From assembly GCA_017592775.1 (NCBI GenBank), contig JAGFNJ010000005.1:62246-126245 (forward strand): a stretch of DNA of 64,000 nt, in the 5' to 3' direction. Of this stretch, positions 40,012 to 50,655 are shown in pieces. The first letter of the stretch is position 1. Each line of letters begins with the position of its first letter. Position numbers and translations under genes: made by a program. The notes under the pieces were generated by a model that worked only from the letters and a program-made list of their open reading frames with translations, searched no databases and was not told the DNA's origin. The DNA comes from Candidatus Accumulibacter conexus. Lineage in GTDB: Bacteria; Pseudomonadota; Gammaproteobacteria; Burkholderiales; Rhodocyclaceae.

Positions 40012-41850
40012 TTGAAGCCTACCGACATCAGCGCTCCCGACTACTTCCACAAGGTCGTCGACTGCCAGTGGGCCTGCCCGGCCCACACGCCCGTTCCCGA
40101 GTACATCCGCCTGATCGCCGCCGGGCGGTACAGCGAAGCTTACATGGTGAACTGGGTGTCGAACGTCTTTCCCGGCATTCTCGGTCGTACCTGCGACCGC
40201 CCCTGCGAACCCGCCTGCCGCCGCAGCCGCGTCGAGGACGAAGCACCTGACGGCCGCGAGCGCCGGGAGCCGGTCGCCATCTGCCGCCTGAAGCGCGTCG
40301 CCGCCGACTACAAGGAAGACATTCGCAGCCTGCTGCCGCAACCGGCGGCACAGAAGAACGGCCGCCGCGTTGCCTGCATCGGTGCCGGCCCGGCGTCGCT
40401 GACCGTCGCCCGCGATCTGGCGCCGCTCGGCTACGAGGTGGTGGTCTATGATGGCGACAGGCTCGCCGGCGGCATGATGCGCACGCAAATCCCCAAGTTT
40501 CGCCTGCCCGAGGGAGTCATTGACGAGGAAACCGGCTACATCCTCAACCTCGGCGTCGACTTCCGCGGCGGCCAATACATCCATTCGCTGAAGGCCGTAC
40601 TCGACGAAGGCTACGATGCCGTCTTCGTCGGCTGCGGCGCACCACGCGGCCAGGATCTCGACGTCCCCGGCCGCAAGGCGGCAGCCAAGCACATCCACCT
40701 CGGCATCGACTGGCTGGCGAACGTCGCCTTCGGCCACGTCACCTCGATCAGCAAGCGGGTGATCGTCCTCGGTGGCGGCAACACCGCCATGGACTGCTGC
40801 CGCTCGGCGCGACGTCTCGGCGGCGAGGACGTCAAGGTGATCGTCCGTTCCGGCTTCGAGCAGATGAAGGCCAGCCCGTGGGAGAAGGAGGACGCGATGC
40901 ACGAAGGCATCCCGATCCTCAACAACCTCGTACCGAAAGCCTTCACCCACAACGGCGGCCGCCTGACCGGCGTCACCTTCCAGAAGGTGCGCTCGGTCTA
41001 TGACGAGAACGGGCGCCGCACACTCGTCCCGACCGGCGAGCCCGACCCGCACTTCGAGTGCGACACCGTTCTCGTCGCCGTCGGCCAGGAGAACGCCTTC
41101 CCGTGGATCGAGCGCGACATCGGCATCGAATTCGACAAGTGGGGACTGCCGAAGCTCGACGAGAAGACGATGCAGTCGACGCTGCCGAACGTCTTCTTCG
41201 GCGGCGACGCCGCTTTCGGGCCGAAGAACATCATCTGGGCGGTGGCGCACGGGCATGAGGCGGCGGTCTCGATCGACCGCCTGCTGAACGGCGAGGACAT
41301 CGCCGCCCGGCCGGCACCGACGACCAGCCTGGTGTCGCAAAAGATGGGCATCCACGCCTGGCGCTACGACAACGCCATCTCGGACGATCGCCGCCTGCGC
41401 GTGCCGCTGCGCGACGTCTCGGCGGCGCTGAAGAACATCCGCATCGAGGTCGAACTCGGCTTCGATCCCCAGCTCGCCTTCAAGGAGGCGCAGCGCTGCC
41501 TGAACTGCGACGTGCAGACGGTGTTCAGCAACCGCCTGTGCATCGAGTGCGACGCCTGCATGGACATCTGCCCGATGGACTGCATCAGCTTCACGCACAA
41601 CGGCGACGAGGATGACCTGCGAGGCCGCCTGCAGGCGCCGGCGCAGAACCGCAGCCAGGACCTCTACGTCTCGGGGACGCTGAAGACCGGGCGGGTGATG
41701 GTCAAGGACGAGGATGTCTGCCTGCACTGCGGCCTGTGCGCCGAGCGCTGCCCGACCGGCGCCTGGGACATGCAGAAGTACCTGCTGGTCATGACGCATG
41801 CCGGCTGCGCGCGGACGGGCGCCAGCGAAGCGCAGGCCGTGGTCACCTGA
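40012..41850 (+). CDS. GltD-like FAD/NAD(P)-dependent oxidoreductase fused to a 2x[4Fe-4S] ferredoxin domain
   Basis: N-terminal Fe-S Cys cluster (CQWACPAHTP...CDRPCEPAC). Dinucleotide motifs VACIGAGPASL and VIVLGGGNTAMDC. C-terminal CLNCDVQ...CIECDACMDICP and CLHCGLCAERCP. I propose the start at TTG 40012, after AAAGGA, because no in-frame ATG is nearby. Confidence 0.75.
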   Translation: MKPTDISAPDYFHKVVDCQWACPAHTPVPEYIRLIAAGRYSEAYMVNWVSNVFPGILGRTCDRPCEPACRRSRVEDEAPDGRERREPVAICRLKRVAADYKEDIRSLLPQPAAQKNGRRVACIGAGPASLTVARDLAPLGYEVVVYDGDRLAGGMMRTQIPKFRLPEGVIDEETGYILNLGVDFRGGQYIHSLKAVLDEGYDAVFVGCGAPRGQDLDVPGRKAAAKHIHLGIDWLANVAFGHVTSISKRVIVLGGGNTAMDCCRSARRLGGEDVKVIVRSGFEQMKASPWEKEDAMHEGIPILNNLVPKAFTHNGGRLTGVTFQKVRSVYDENGRRTLVPTGEPDPHFECDTVLVAVGQENAFPWIERDIGIEFDKWGLPKLDEKTMQSTLPNVFFGGDAAFGPKNIIWAVAHGHEAAVSIDRLLNGEDIAARPAPTTSLVSQKMGIHAWRYDNAISDDRRLRVPLRDVSAALKNIRIEVELGFDPQLAFKEAQRCLNCDVQTVFSNRLCIECDACMDICPMDCISFTHNGDEDDLRGRLQAPAQNRSQDLYVSGTLKTGRVMVKDEDVCLHCGLCAERCPTGAWDMQKYLLVMTHAGCARTGASEAQAVVT

Positions 41851-41860
41851 GGAGCGAGAA

Positions 41861-43699
41861 ATGCAGAAGATCGAAGCAGTCAACGATTTCGTCGTCAAGT
41901 TCGCCAACATCAACGGCTCCGGCTCGGCGTCGGCAAACGAACTGTTTGCCCGCGCGATCCTGCGCATGGGGGTGCCGGTGTCACCGCGCAACATCTTTCC
42001 GTCGAACATTCAGGGCCTGCCGACCTGGTTCGAGGTGCGCGTCACCGAGCACGGCTACCTCGGTCGCCGCGGTGGTGTCGACCTGATGGTGGCGATGAAT
42101 CCGCAGAGCTGGGAGCAGGACGTGCGCGAGATCGATCCCGGCGGCTACCTCTTCTACGACAGCTCGAAAGCCGTACCGCGCGCGCGCCTGCGCAGCGACA
42201 TCCACGTCCTCGGCATGCCGCTGACCGAGATCTGCAACGATACCTACAGCGACTCGCGCGAACGGCAACTGTTCAAGAACATCATCTACGTCGGCGCCCT
42301 GACGACGCTGCTCGACATCGACCCACAGGAAATCGAGAAGCTCTTCGGCGAACAGTACAAGGGCAAGGAGAAGCTTTTCGACTCCAACCTGCAGGCACTC
42401 AACCTCGGCCGCGACTACGCCCGCGAGCACCTGAAGCCGATCGCCCTCAAGGTCGAGCGCCGCGACCGTGTCGGCGACATGGTCTTCACCGACGGCAACA
42501 GTGCCGCCGCGCTCGGCTGCATCTACGGTGGCGCGACGGTCTGCGCCTGGTACCCGATCACCCCCTCCTCGTCGGTCCCCGAAGCCTTCGAGCGCTATGC
42601 CCAGAAGCTGCGTACCGACCCGGTCAGTGGCGAGAAGCGCTACAGCATTGTCCAGGCCGAGGACGAGCTGGCATCGATCGGCATGGTCATCGGCGCCGGC
42701 TGGAACGGCGCGCGCGCGTTCACCGCCACCTCCGGCCCCGGCATCTCGCTGATGGCCGAGTTCATCGGTCTCGCCTACTTCGCCGAGATCCCGGCGGTGC
42801 TGATCAACGTCCAGCGCGGCGGCCCGTCGACCGGCATGCCGACGCGCACGCAGCAGGCCGACGTGCTCGCCTGCGCCTACGCCTCGCACGGCGACACCAA
42901 GCACGTCCTGCTGTTTCCCGAAGACCCCTGCGAGTGCTTCGAGATGTCGGCGCAGGCGCTCGACCTCGCAGAACGGCTGCAGACGCCGGTCTTCGTCATG
43001 AGCGACCTCGACATCGGCATGAACCAGCGGCTTTGCCGCCCCTTCGCCTGGGACGACAGCCGCGAGTACGACCGCGGCAAGGTGATGACGCGCGAAGCGC
43101 TCGACGCCGGCACCGATTTCGGCCGCTACCTCGATGTCGATGGCGACGGCATTCCCTACCGCACCTATCCCGGAACGCACCCGACCAAGGGCGGCTACTT
43201 CACCCGCGGCACGACGAAGAACGCCTATGCCACCTACTCCGAAGCCGGCGCCGACTACATCTACAACATGCAGCGGCTGCGGCAGAAGTTCGAGACCGCC
43301 AAGTCGCTGGTGCCGTTGCCGGTGCTGACCGCCGCCCGCTACCCGGCACGTTTCGCCGCCATCTTCTATGGCTCGACCGGCCCGGCGATGCAGGAAGCGC
43401 TCGACGCACTCGCCGAGCAGGGCATCTACATCAACGCCCTGCGCGTTCGCGCCTTCCCGTTCCAGAACGAGATCGCCGACTTCATCGCCGCGCACTCGAA
43501 GGTCTTCGTCTTCGAGCAGAACTTCGACGGACAACTGACGACGCTGCTGATCAACGAGGCACACGTCAACCCGGCCAGCCTGATCCCGGTGCTGCACTAC
43601 GACGGCACGCCGATCACTGCCCGCTTCATCACCCAGGAGATCGCCGAACGAGTCGCCCGGCTCAACGTGCGGCCACTCCGCGAAAACATGGTGGCCTGA
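41861..43699 (+). CDS. korA: 2-oxoacid:acceptor (ferredoxin) oxidoreductase subunit alpha
   Basis: NGSGSASANELFARAILRMGVPV (gamma-like N-terminal part), then an alpha domain AWYPITPSS...QAEDELASIGMVIGAGWNGARAFTATSGPGISLM. ATG at 41861 is preceded by GAGGAG. Confidence 0.9.
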   Translation: MQKIEAVNDFVVKFANINGSGSASANELFARAILRMGVPVSPRNIFPSNIQGLPTWFEVRVTEHGYLGRRGGVDLMVAMNPQSWEQDVREIDPGGYLFYDSSKAVPRARLRSDIHVLGMPLTEICNDTYSDSRERQLFKNIIYVGALTTLLDIDPQEIEKLFGEQYKGKEKLFDSNLQALNLGRDYAREHLKPIALKVERRDRVGDMVFTDGNSAAALGCIYGGATVCAWYPITPSSSVPEAFERYAQKLRTDPVSGEKRYSIVQAEDELASIGMVIGAGWNGARAFTATSGPGISLMAEFIGLAYFAEIPAVLINVQRGGPSTGMPTRTQQADVLACAYASHGDTKHVLLFPEDPCECFEMSAQALDLAERLQTPVFVMSDLDIGMNQRLCRPFAWDDSREYDRGKVMTREALDAGTDFGRYLDVDGDGIPYRTYPGTHPTKGGYFTRGTTKNAYATYSEAGADYIYNMQRLRQKFETAKSLVPLPVLTAARYPARFAAIFYGSTGPAMQEALDALAEQGIYINALRVRAFPFQNEIADFIAAHSKVFVFEQNFDGQLTTLLINEAHVNPASLIPVLHYDGTPITARFITQEIAERVARLNVRPLRENMVA

Positions 43700-43700
43700 G

Positions 43701-44756
43701 ATGACCTACATCGCCAAACCCCGCCTGCACCACCCGAGCCTGGCGAAGAACCGTGTCGGCTTCACCCGGCGCGACTACGAAGGCAAGATCTCGACCCTCT
43801 GCGCCGGTTGCGGCCACGACTCGATCTCGGCATCGATCATCCAGGCATGCTGGGAACTCGACATCGAGCCGCACCGCGTCGCCAAGCTGTCCGGCATCGG
43901 CTGCTCGTCGAAGACCCCCGACTACTTCCTTGGCAACTCGCACGGCTTCAACACCGTGCACGGCCGCATGCCCTCGGTGCTCACCGGCGCCTACCTCGCC
44001 AACCGCGACCTGATCTACCTCGGTGTCTCGGGCGACGGCGATTCGGCATCGATCGGCCTCGGCCAGTTCGCGCACGTCATGCGCCGCGGCGTCAATATGA
44101 CCTACCTGGTCGAGAACAACGGCGTCTACGGCCTCACCAAGGGCCAGTTCTCGGCCACCGCCGACAAGGGCTCGCGCTCCAAGAAGGGCCAGAGCAACAA
44201 CGACGCGCCGATCGACCTCGTCACCCTGGCGCTGGTGATGGGCGCCACCTTCGTCGCCCGCGGCTTCTCGGGCGACAAGACACAGCTCGTGCCGCTGCTC
44301 CGCGCCGCCCTCGCCCACCAGGGCGCGGCGGTGATCGACATCCTGTCGCCGTGCATCACCTTCAACAACCACTCCGGCAGCACCAAGAGCTACGACTACG
44401 TGCGCGAGCACAACGAGGCGGTGAACCGTCTCGACTTCATCCCGCTGCACGAGGAAATCACCGCCGACTACGCTGCCGGCGAACTCGTCGCCGTCCGCCA
44501 ACACGACGGCTCGGTCGTCCACCTGCGCAAACTGCACGCCGACTACGACCCGACCGACCGCATCCGCGCCATGTCGTACATCCAGGAGCACGCGGCGCGC
44601 GGCGAGGTCGTCACCGGCCTGCTCTACGTCGATCCCGAGGCCGCCGACCTGCACCGACAGCTCGGCACCGTCGAGCAGCCGCTGAACACGCTCGGCGCCG
44701 CCGAACTCTGTCCGGGCGCGAAGGCACTGGAGAAGATCAACGCCTCGCTGCGCTGA
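43701..44756 (+). CDS. korB: 2-oxoacid:ferredoxin oxidoreductase subunit beta (TPP-binding)
   Basis: CAGCGHDSI and the TPP motif GVSGDGDSASIG...YLVENNGVYGLTKGQ. The start lies 1 nt after the korA stop. Confidence 0.9.
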   Translation: MTYIAKPRLHHPSLAKNRVGFTRRDYEGKISTLCAGCGHDSISASIIQACWELDIEPHRVAKLSGIGCSSKTPDYFLGNSHGFNTVHGRMPSVLTGAYLANRDLIYLGVSGDGDSASIGLGQFAHVMRRGVNMTYLVENNGVYGLTKGQFSATADKGSRSKKGQSNNDAPIDLVTLALVMGATFVARGFSGDKTQLVPLLRAALAHQGAAVIDILSPCITFNNHSGSTKSYDYVREHNEAVNRLDFIPLHEEITADYAAGELVAVRQHDGSVVHLRKLHADYDPTDRIRAMSYIQEHAARGEVVTGLLYVDPEAADLHRQLGTVEQPLNTLGAAELCPGAKALEKINASLR

Positions 44757-44810
44757 CCGCCGCCCGCGGCGGCCGCTCGCGCGTTGCGGCCGGCACCGAC
44801 GGGCCGGACG

Positions 44811-45170
44811 ATGATCGGCGCCATCACCCTGCTGCTCGTCTTCCAGCTCGTCGGCGAGGTGATCGCCCGCGGACTGGCATTGCCGGTTCCCGGCCCGGTG
44901 ATCGGCATGGCCCTGCTCTTCGTCGCGCTGTGCGTGCGCGGCGGGCCTTCGACCGAGCTGCGCGGCACCGCCCAGGGCATGCTGCAGCACCTCTCGCTGC
45001 TCTTCATCCCGGCTGGCACCGGCATCATGCTGCACTTCCAGCGCATGTCCGACGAGCTGCTGCCGCTGCTCGTCTCGCTGCTCGTCAGCACCGTCGTCAC
45101 CATCGCCGTGACGGCACTCGTCCTGCGCTTCCTCGCCGACCGCAGTGGCAAGCAGGAAAGGACGCCATGA
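44811..45170 (+). CDS. CidA/LrgA family (holin-like) membrane protein
   Basis: 119-aa hydrophobic protein, MIGAITLLLVFQLVGEVIARGLALPVPGPVIGMALLF. Confidence 0.8.
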   Translation: MIGAITLLLVFQLVGEVIARGLALPVPGPVIGMALLFVALCVRGGPSTELRGTAQGMLQHLSLLFIPAGTGIMLHFQRMSDELLPLLVSLLVSTVVTIAVTALVLRFLADRSGKQERTP

Positions 45171-45883
45171 GCGCGAGCGCCATCTGGGTCTACCTGGCCG
45201 CCTCGCCGCTTCTCGGCCTGACACTGACGTTGCTCGCCTACCTCGCAGCCAGCGCCGTACACCAGCGCTGCGGCGGCCACCCGCTGGCCAATCCGGTCCT
45301 GCTCGCGGTCGCAACACTCGTCGGCCTGCTGTGGCTGACCGACACCCCCTACCGCACCTACTTCGACGGCGCCCAGTTCGTCCACTTCCTGCTCGGGCCG
45401 GCCACCGTGGCGCTGGCGATCCCGCTGCACGCCCAGCTTCCCCGCCTGCGGCGAATGGCGCTGCCACTGCTCCTCGCCCTGGTCATCGGCTCGCTGACCG
45501 CCGCCCTGTCGGCCGTCGCCATCGGTGCCCTGCTGGGAGCGAGCCGGGCGACCCTGCTGTCGCTGGCGCCGAAGTCGGTGACGACGCCGATCGCCATGGG
45601 AATCGCCGAGCGGATCGGCGGCCTGCCCTCGCTGACCGCGGTACTGGTGATCCTCACCGGCGTGCTCGGGGCGATTCTCGCCCGCTACATCTATCGCGCC
45701 CTGCACATCGACGACGATGCGCAACGCGGCTTCGCCCTCGGCATCGCCGCGCACGGCATCGGCACGGCGCGCGCCTTCCAGGAGAGCGAGCAGATGGGCG
45801 CCTTTGCCGCCCTGGCGATGGGTCTCAATGGCCTGCTGACGGCCGTGCTGCTGCCGCTGCTGCTGCCTTTGCTGCTCGCCTGA
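45167..45883 (+). CDS. LrgB family membrane protein
   Basis: The ATG overlaps the lrgA-like stop (ATGA). Motifs SLAPKSVTTPIAMGIAE and GIAAHGIGTARAF. The ORF track embeds it in a longer spurious frame starting at 43808. Confidence 0.85.
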   Translation: MSASAIWVYLAASPLLGLTLTLLAYLAASAVHQRCGGHPLANPVLLAVATLVGLLWLTDTPYRTYFDGAQFVHFLLGPATVALAIPLHAQLPRLRRMALPLLLALVIGSLTAALSAVAIGALLGASRATLLSLAPKSVTTPIAMGIAERIGGLPSLTAVLVILTGVLGAILARYIYRALHIDDDAQRGFALGIAAHGIGTARAFQESEQMGAFAALAMGLNGLLTAVLLPLLLPLLLA

Positions 45884-46112
45884 GCGCAGCGCTGCCGCCA
45901 GCCCTGACGAGACTCTTCCCCGCGAGCCGCGCGCACGGCGCAGCGCGCAGCCAGCGGGCGACGGGCAATCGATGTACACTGCACAGCGCTGCGTCAGGAC
46001 GCGCCACCTGTCGCAGGCAGCGCCAGGGACCGGCCGGCACGCCACGACGCCGCGCGTGTCCGGTGCTCCGTCGGCCGACCACAGCCAACCACCCGATGGC
46101 GAGGAGAGCAGC

Positions 46113-48065
46113 ATGCGCAGCAAGATCGTCACCGCCGACGAAGCGATCGCCCTGATCCGCGACGGCGATACCCTGGCCAGTACCGGCTTCGTCCAGACCG
46201 GCTTCGCCGAGGCCCTGCTGTCGGCGCTCGAGCGCCGCTTCCTCGCCAGCGGCAGCCCGAAGAACCTGACGCTGTTCGCCGCCGCCGGCCAGGGCGACGG
46301 CCTCTCGCTGGGCCTCAACCACCTCGGTCACGAGGGACTGCTGCGGCGCGTCGTCGCCGGCCACTGGGGCCGCATGCCGAAAGTCGCCCAGCTCGCCCTC
46401 GACAACCGCATCCAGGCCTACAACCTGCCGCAGGGAATCATCTGCCAGCTCTTCCGCGACCTCTCCGCCGGCAAGCCGGGCTCGTTCTCCAAGGTCGGCC
46501 TGCACACCTTCGTCGATCCGCGTTACGGCGGTGGCCGGATCAACGACGCGACGACGCGCGACATCGTCAAGCTGGTCGAGGTCGACGACGAGGAATGGCT
46601 GTTCTACAAGGTCGGCAGGGTCAATGTCGCCTTCGTCCGTGGCACCACCGCCGACACCTTCGGCAACATCACCATGGAACGGGAAGCGCTCACCCTCAAC
46701 AACCTGGCGATGGCGATGGCGGCCAAGAACAGCAACGGCATCGTCATCGCGCAGGTCGAGCGGATCGCCGAGCGCAACGGCCTGCCGCCACGGCAGGTGA
46801 AGATCCCCGGCATCCTCGTCGACTGCGTCGTCATCGCCGAACCGGCGCAGCACATGCAGACCCTGGCGACGCCGTACAGCGCCGCCTACGCCGGCGAGTT
46901 CCGCGTGCCGGCGGCCAGCCTGGTATCGACGCCGCTGACCGAGCGCAAGATCATCGCCCGCCGCGCCGCCTTCGAGCTGCCGCCGAACGGCATCATCAAC
47001 CTCGGCGTCGGCATGCCGGAAGGCGTCGCGGCGGTCGCCAACGAGGAGCGCATCTCGCACCTGCTGACACTGACCGTCGAATCCGGACTCATCGGCGGCA
47101 TCCCGTCGAGCGGCGGCAACTTCGGCACCGGCGTGAACATGGACGCGGTGATCGACGAGAACCAGCAATTCGACTTCTACGACGGCGGCGGCCTCGACAT
47201 GGCCTGCCTCGGCATGGCCGAGTGCGACGCCGCCGGCAACGTCGACGTCAGCCGCTACGGTGGCCGCCTGACCGGCGCCGGCGGCTTCATCAACATCAGC
47301 CAGAACGCCCGCCTCGTCATCTTCGTCGGCACCTTCACCGGCAAGGGCCTGAAGGTCGATGTCGTCGACGGCAAGTTGCGCATCGTGCAGGAGGGCGAAC
47401 AGCGCAAGTTCGTCAGGCAGGTCGAGCAGATCACCTTCAACGGCCAGTACGCCTACGATCGCGGCAAACCCGTCTACTACGTCACCGAACGCTGCGTCTT
47501 CCGGCGCGTGCGGCGCGGACTGGCGCTGATCGAGGTCGCTCCCGGCATCGACGTCGCGCGCGACATCCTGCCGCACATGGACTTCGAACCGATCATCGGC
47601 GAATACGCCGAGATGGACGCGCGCATCTTCAACAACAACCCGATGGGCCTCGAAGCCGAACTGCTCAACCTGTCGATGCCCGAACGCGTCATCTACGACG
47701 CCGAGCGCAACATCCTCTTCCTCAACTTCGAAGGCATGTACGTGCGCGTGCTCGAGGACGTGCAGGCGATCTGGGACATCTGCGAACTGCGCTGCCGGGC
47801 CGCCGGCAAGCGCGTCGGCGTCATCATCAACTACGACCGCTTCCGCATCAACCAGGACATGTACGACGCCTACGCCGAAATGGACCGCTACTTCCTCGCC
47901 AACTACTTCAGCCAGATCACCCGCTACGCCACCAGCGCCTTCCTGCGCGCCAAGCTCGGCGAAGCCTTCTCGGCGCGCAGCATCGCGCCGCACGTCTTCG
48001 AGCGCCGCGAGGAAGCGCAGGCCTACCTCGCCGGCCGCGGCGGCGAGAACGGCCGCAGCGGCTGA
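46113..48065 (+). CDS. acyl-CoA:acetate/3-ketoacid CoA-transferase (YdiF-like fused alpha-beta family I)
   Basis: MRSKIVTADEAIALIRDGDTLASTGF...GHWG..P...LA..N.IQAYNLPQGI...ESGLIGG (catalytic Glu region). ATG at 46113 is preceded by GAGGAGAG. Confidence 0.85.
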   Translation: MRSKIVTADEAIALIRDGDTLASTGFVQTGFAEALLSALERRFLASGSPKNLTLFAAAGQGDGLSLGLNHLGHEGLLRRVVAGHWGRMPKVAQLALDNRIQAYNLPQGIICQLFRDLSAGKPGSFSKVGLHTFVDPRYGGGRINDATTRDIVKLVEVDDEEWLFYKVGRVNVAFVRGTTADTFGNITMEREALTLNNLAMAMAAKNSNGIVIAQVERIAERNGLPPRQVKIPGILVDCVVIAEPAQHMQTLATPYSAAYAGEFRVPAASLVSTPLTERKIIARRAAFELPPNGIINLGVGMPEGVAAVANEERISHLLTLTVESGLIGGIPSSGGNFGTGVNMDAVIDENQQFDFYDGGGLDMACLGMAECDAAGNVDVSRYGGRLTGAGGFINISQNARLVIFVGTFTGKGLKVDVVDGKLRIVQEGEQRKFVRQVEQITFNGQYAYDRGKPVYYVTERCVFRRVRRGLALIEVAPGIDVARDILPHMDFEPIIGEYAEMDARIFNNNPMGLEAELLNLSMPERVIYDAERNILFLNFEGMYVRVLEDVQAIWDICELRCRAAGKRVGVIINYDRFRINQDMYDAYAEMDRYFLANYFSQITRYATSAFLRAKLGEAFSARSIAPHVFERREEAQAYLAGRGGENGRSG

Positions 48066-48189
48066 GGCCGGGCGCTGGCCAGGGCGACAGCGCAGCGACG
48101 GCGAGGCGGCGAGCAGCCGGATCGAATCCTGATCGGCACAGCAGGGACGGCGCTCGTCAGCGCCACACCTGACTCACCCGAGGAGCACC

Positions 48190-48199
48190 GCAAGCTTGC
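48190..48199. promoter_or_regulatory. 10-bp palindrome GCAAGCTTGC (copy 1 of 3), candidate operator
   Basis: A perfect palindrome 66 nt upstream of the CARF-wHTH gene ATG. The 13-mer CGCAAGCTTGCCG is identical to copy 2. Confidence 0.3.
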
Positions 48200-48264
48200 C
48201 GTTGCTCGCGTGGTCGGCAAGAATGGCGAAAATTCGCGCCATACCAACGCGGAGCCCAAGAACA

Positions 48265-49413
48265 ATGCCCAATCTCAGCGAACCCCCAGGCGACTACCCC
48301 CGGCGCGTCCTCGTCGCCGTCACCGGCCTGTCGCCGCAGATCGTCACCGAGACCCTGTACGCGCTGGCGATCGCCGCCGAAGGAACACCTTTCGTCCCGA
48401 CCGAGATCCATCTGATCACCACCCGCAGCGGCGCGGAGAAAGCCCGCCTGGCGCTGCTTTCGGACGACCCCGGCTGGTTCCATCAGCTCTGCCACGACTA
48501 CGAACTGCCGCCGATCCGCTTCGCCGCCGACACCATTCATGTCCTCCGGGACGGCGATGGCGGCGCCCTTGAGGACATCCGGTCACTCGACGACAATCGC
48601 CACGCCGCCGACGGCATCACCGAACTCGTTCGCGCCTTCACCGCCGACCCGGACTGCGCGCTGCACGTATCGATCGCCGGCGGGCGGAAGACGATGGGCT
48701 TCTTCCTCGGCTATGCGCTGTCACTCTACGGCCGGCCGCAGGACAGGCTGTCGCACGTCCTCGTGTCCGAGCCGTTCGAATCGAGCGGCGGCTTCTACTA
48801 CCCGACGCCCTTCAGCCGTGTCCTCGAGCTGCCTGGCGGCCGTCTCGTCGACACCGCGAACGCGCTGATCACCCTTGCCGAGTTGCCTTTCGTGAGCCTG
48901 CGGCACGGCTTGCCGGAGGCGCTGCTGACCGGTCACGCCAGCTACAACCAGACGGTCGAGGCCGCCCGGCAGGCGCTGGCGCCACCCGAACTGCAACTGG
49001 ACCTCGCCGCGCGCCGCGTGCGCGCCGCCGGCAAGGTCTTCGCCCTGCCCCCAGCCGAACTCGCGCTGCTCAGCGTCTTTGCACGGCGCGCACTGCGCGG
49101 CGAAGCGCCGCTGCCCGCCCCACCGAAGGAACTGCCGGACGTCGAATGGCGACAGCGCTACCTGATCGAACTGCGCTGGATCGACGGTCTCCTGGGCGAA
49201 CGCGACGACACCGAGCGCGCACTGAAGAAGGGCATGGACGGCGGTTACTTCTCGACGCACCTGTCGAAGCTCAGGAAAATCCTGCAGCGCGAACTCGGCC
49301 CCGCCGCCGCTCCCTATCTGATCAGCGACGGCGGCAGCCGGCCGCGCCGCTACAGCCTTGAGCTGCGGCCGACGGCGGTAGGCTATGGTGCCCTCGACAA
49401 TGCAGCGTCGTAG
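48265..49413 (+). CDS. CRISPR-associated CARF protein (NE0113/TIGR02584-like) with C-terminal OmpR/PhoB-type winged-helix domain
   Basis: N-terminus RVLVAVTGLSPQIVTETLYAL...LHVSIAGGRKTMGFFLGYALSLYGRPQDRLSHVLVSEPFE (CARF Rossmann pattern). C-terminus PAELALLSVFARRAL...YFSTHLSKLRKILQREL...YLISDGGSRPRRYSL resembles trans_reg_C. ATG at 48265. Confidence 0.75.
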   Translation: MPNLSEPPGDYPRRVLVAVTGLSPQIVTETLYALAIAAEGTPFVPTEIHLITTRSGAEKARLALLSDDPGWFHQLCHDYELPPIRFAADTIHVLRDGDGGALEDIRSLDDNRHAADGITELVRAFTADPDCALHVSIAGGRKTMGFFLGYALSLYGRPQDRLSHVLVSEPFESSGGFYYPTPFSRVLELPGGRLVDTANALITLAELPFVSLRHGLPEALLTGHASYNQTVEAARQALAPPELQLDLAARRVRAAGKVFALPPAELALLSVFARRALRGEAPLPAPPKELPDVEWRQRYLIELRWIDGLLGERDDTERALKKGMDGGYFSTHLSKLRKILQRELGPAAAPYLISDGGSRPRRYSLELRPTAVGYGALDNAAS

Positions 49414-49465
49414 GACCAGTCCCTTGCCGCTCTCGCCACCCCTACTGCAAACCGATCAAGGATAG

Positions 49466-50641
<1,176 letters not shown>

Positions 50642-50655
50642 CCGGGAGACCAAAC

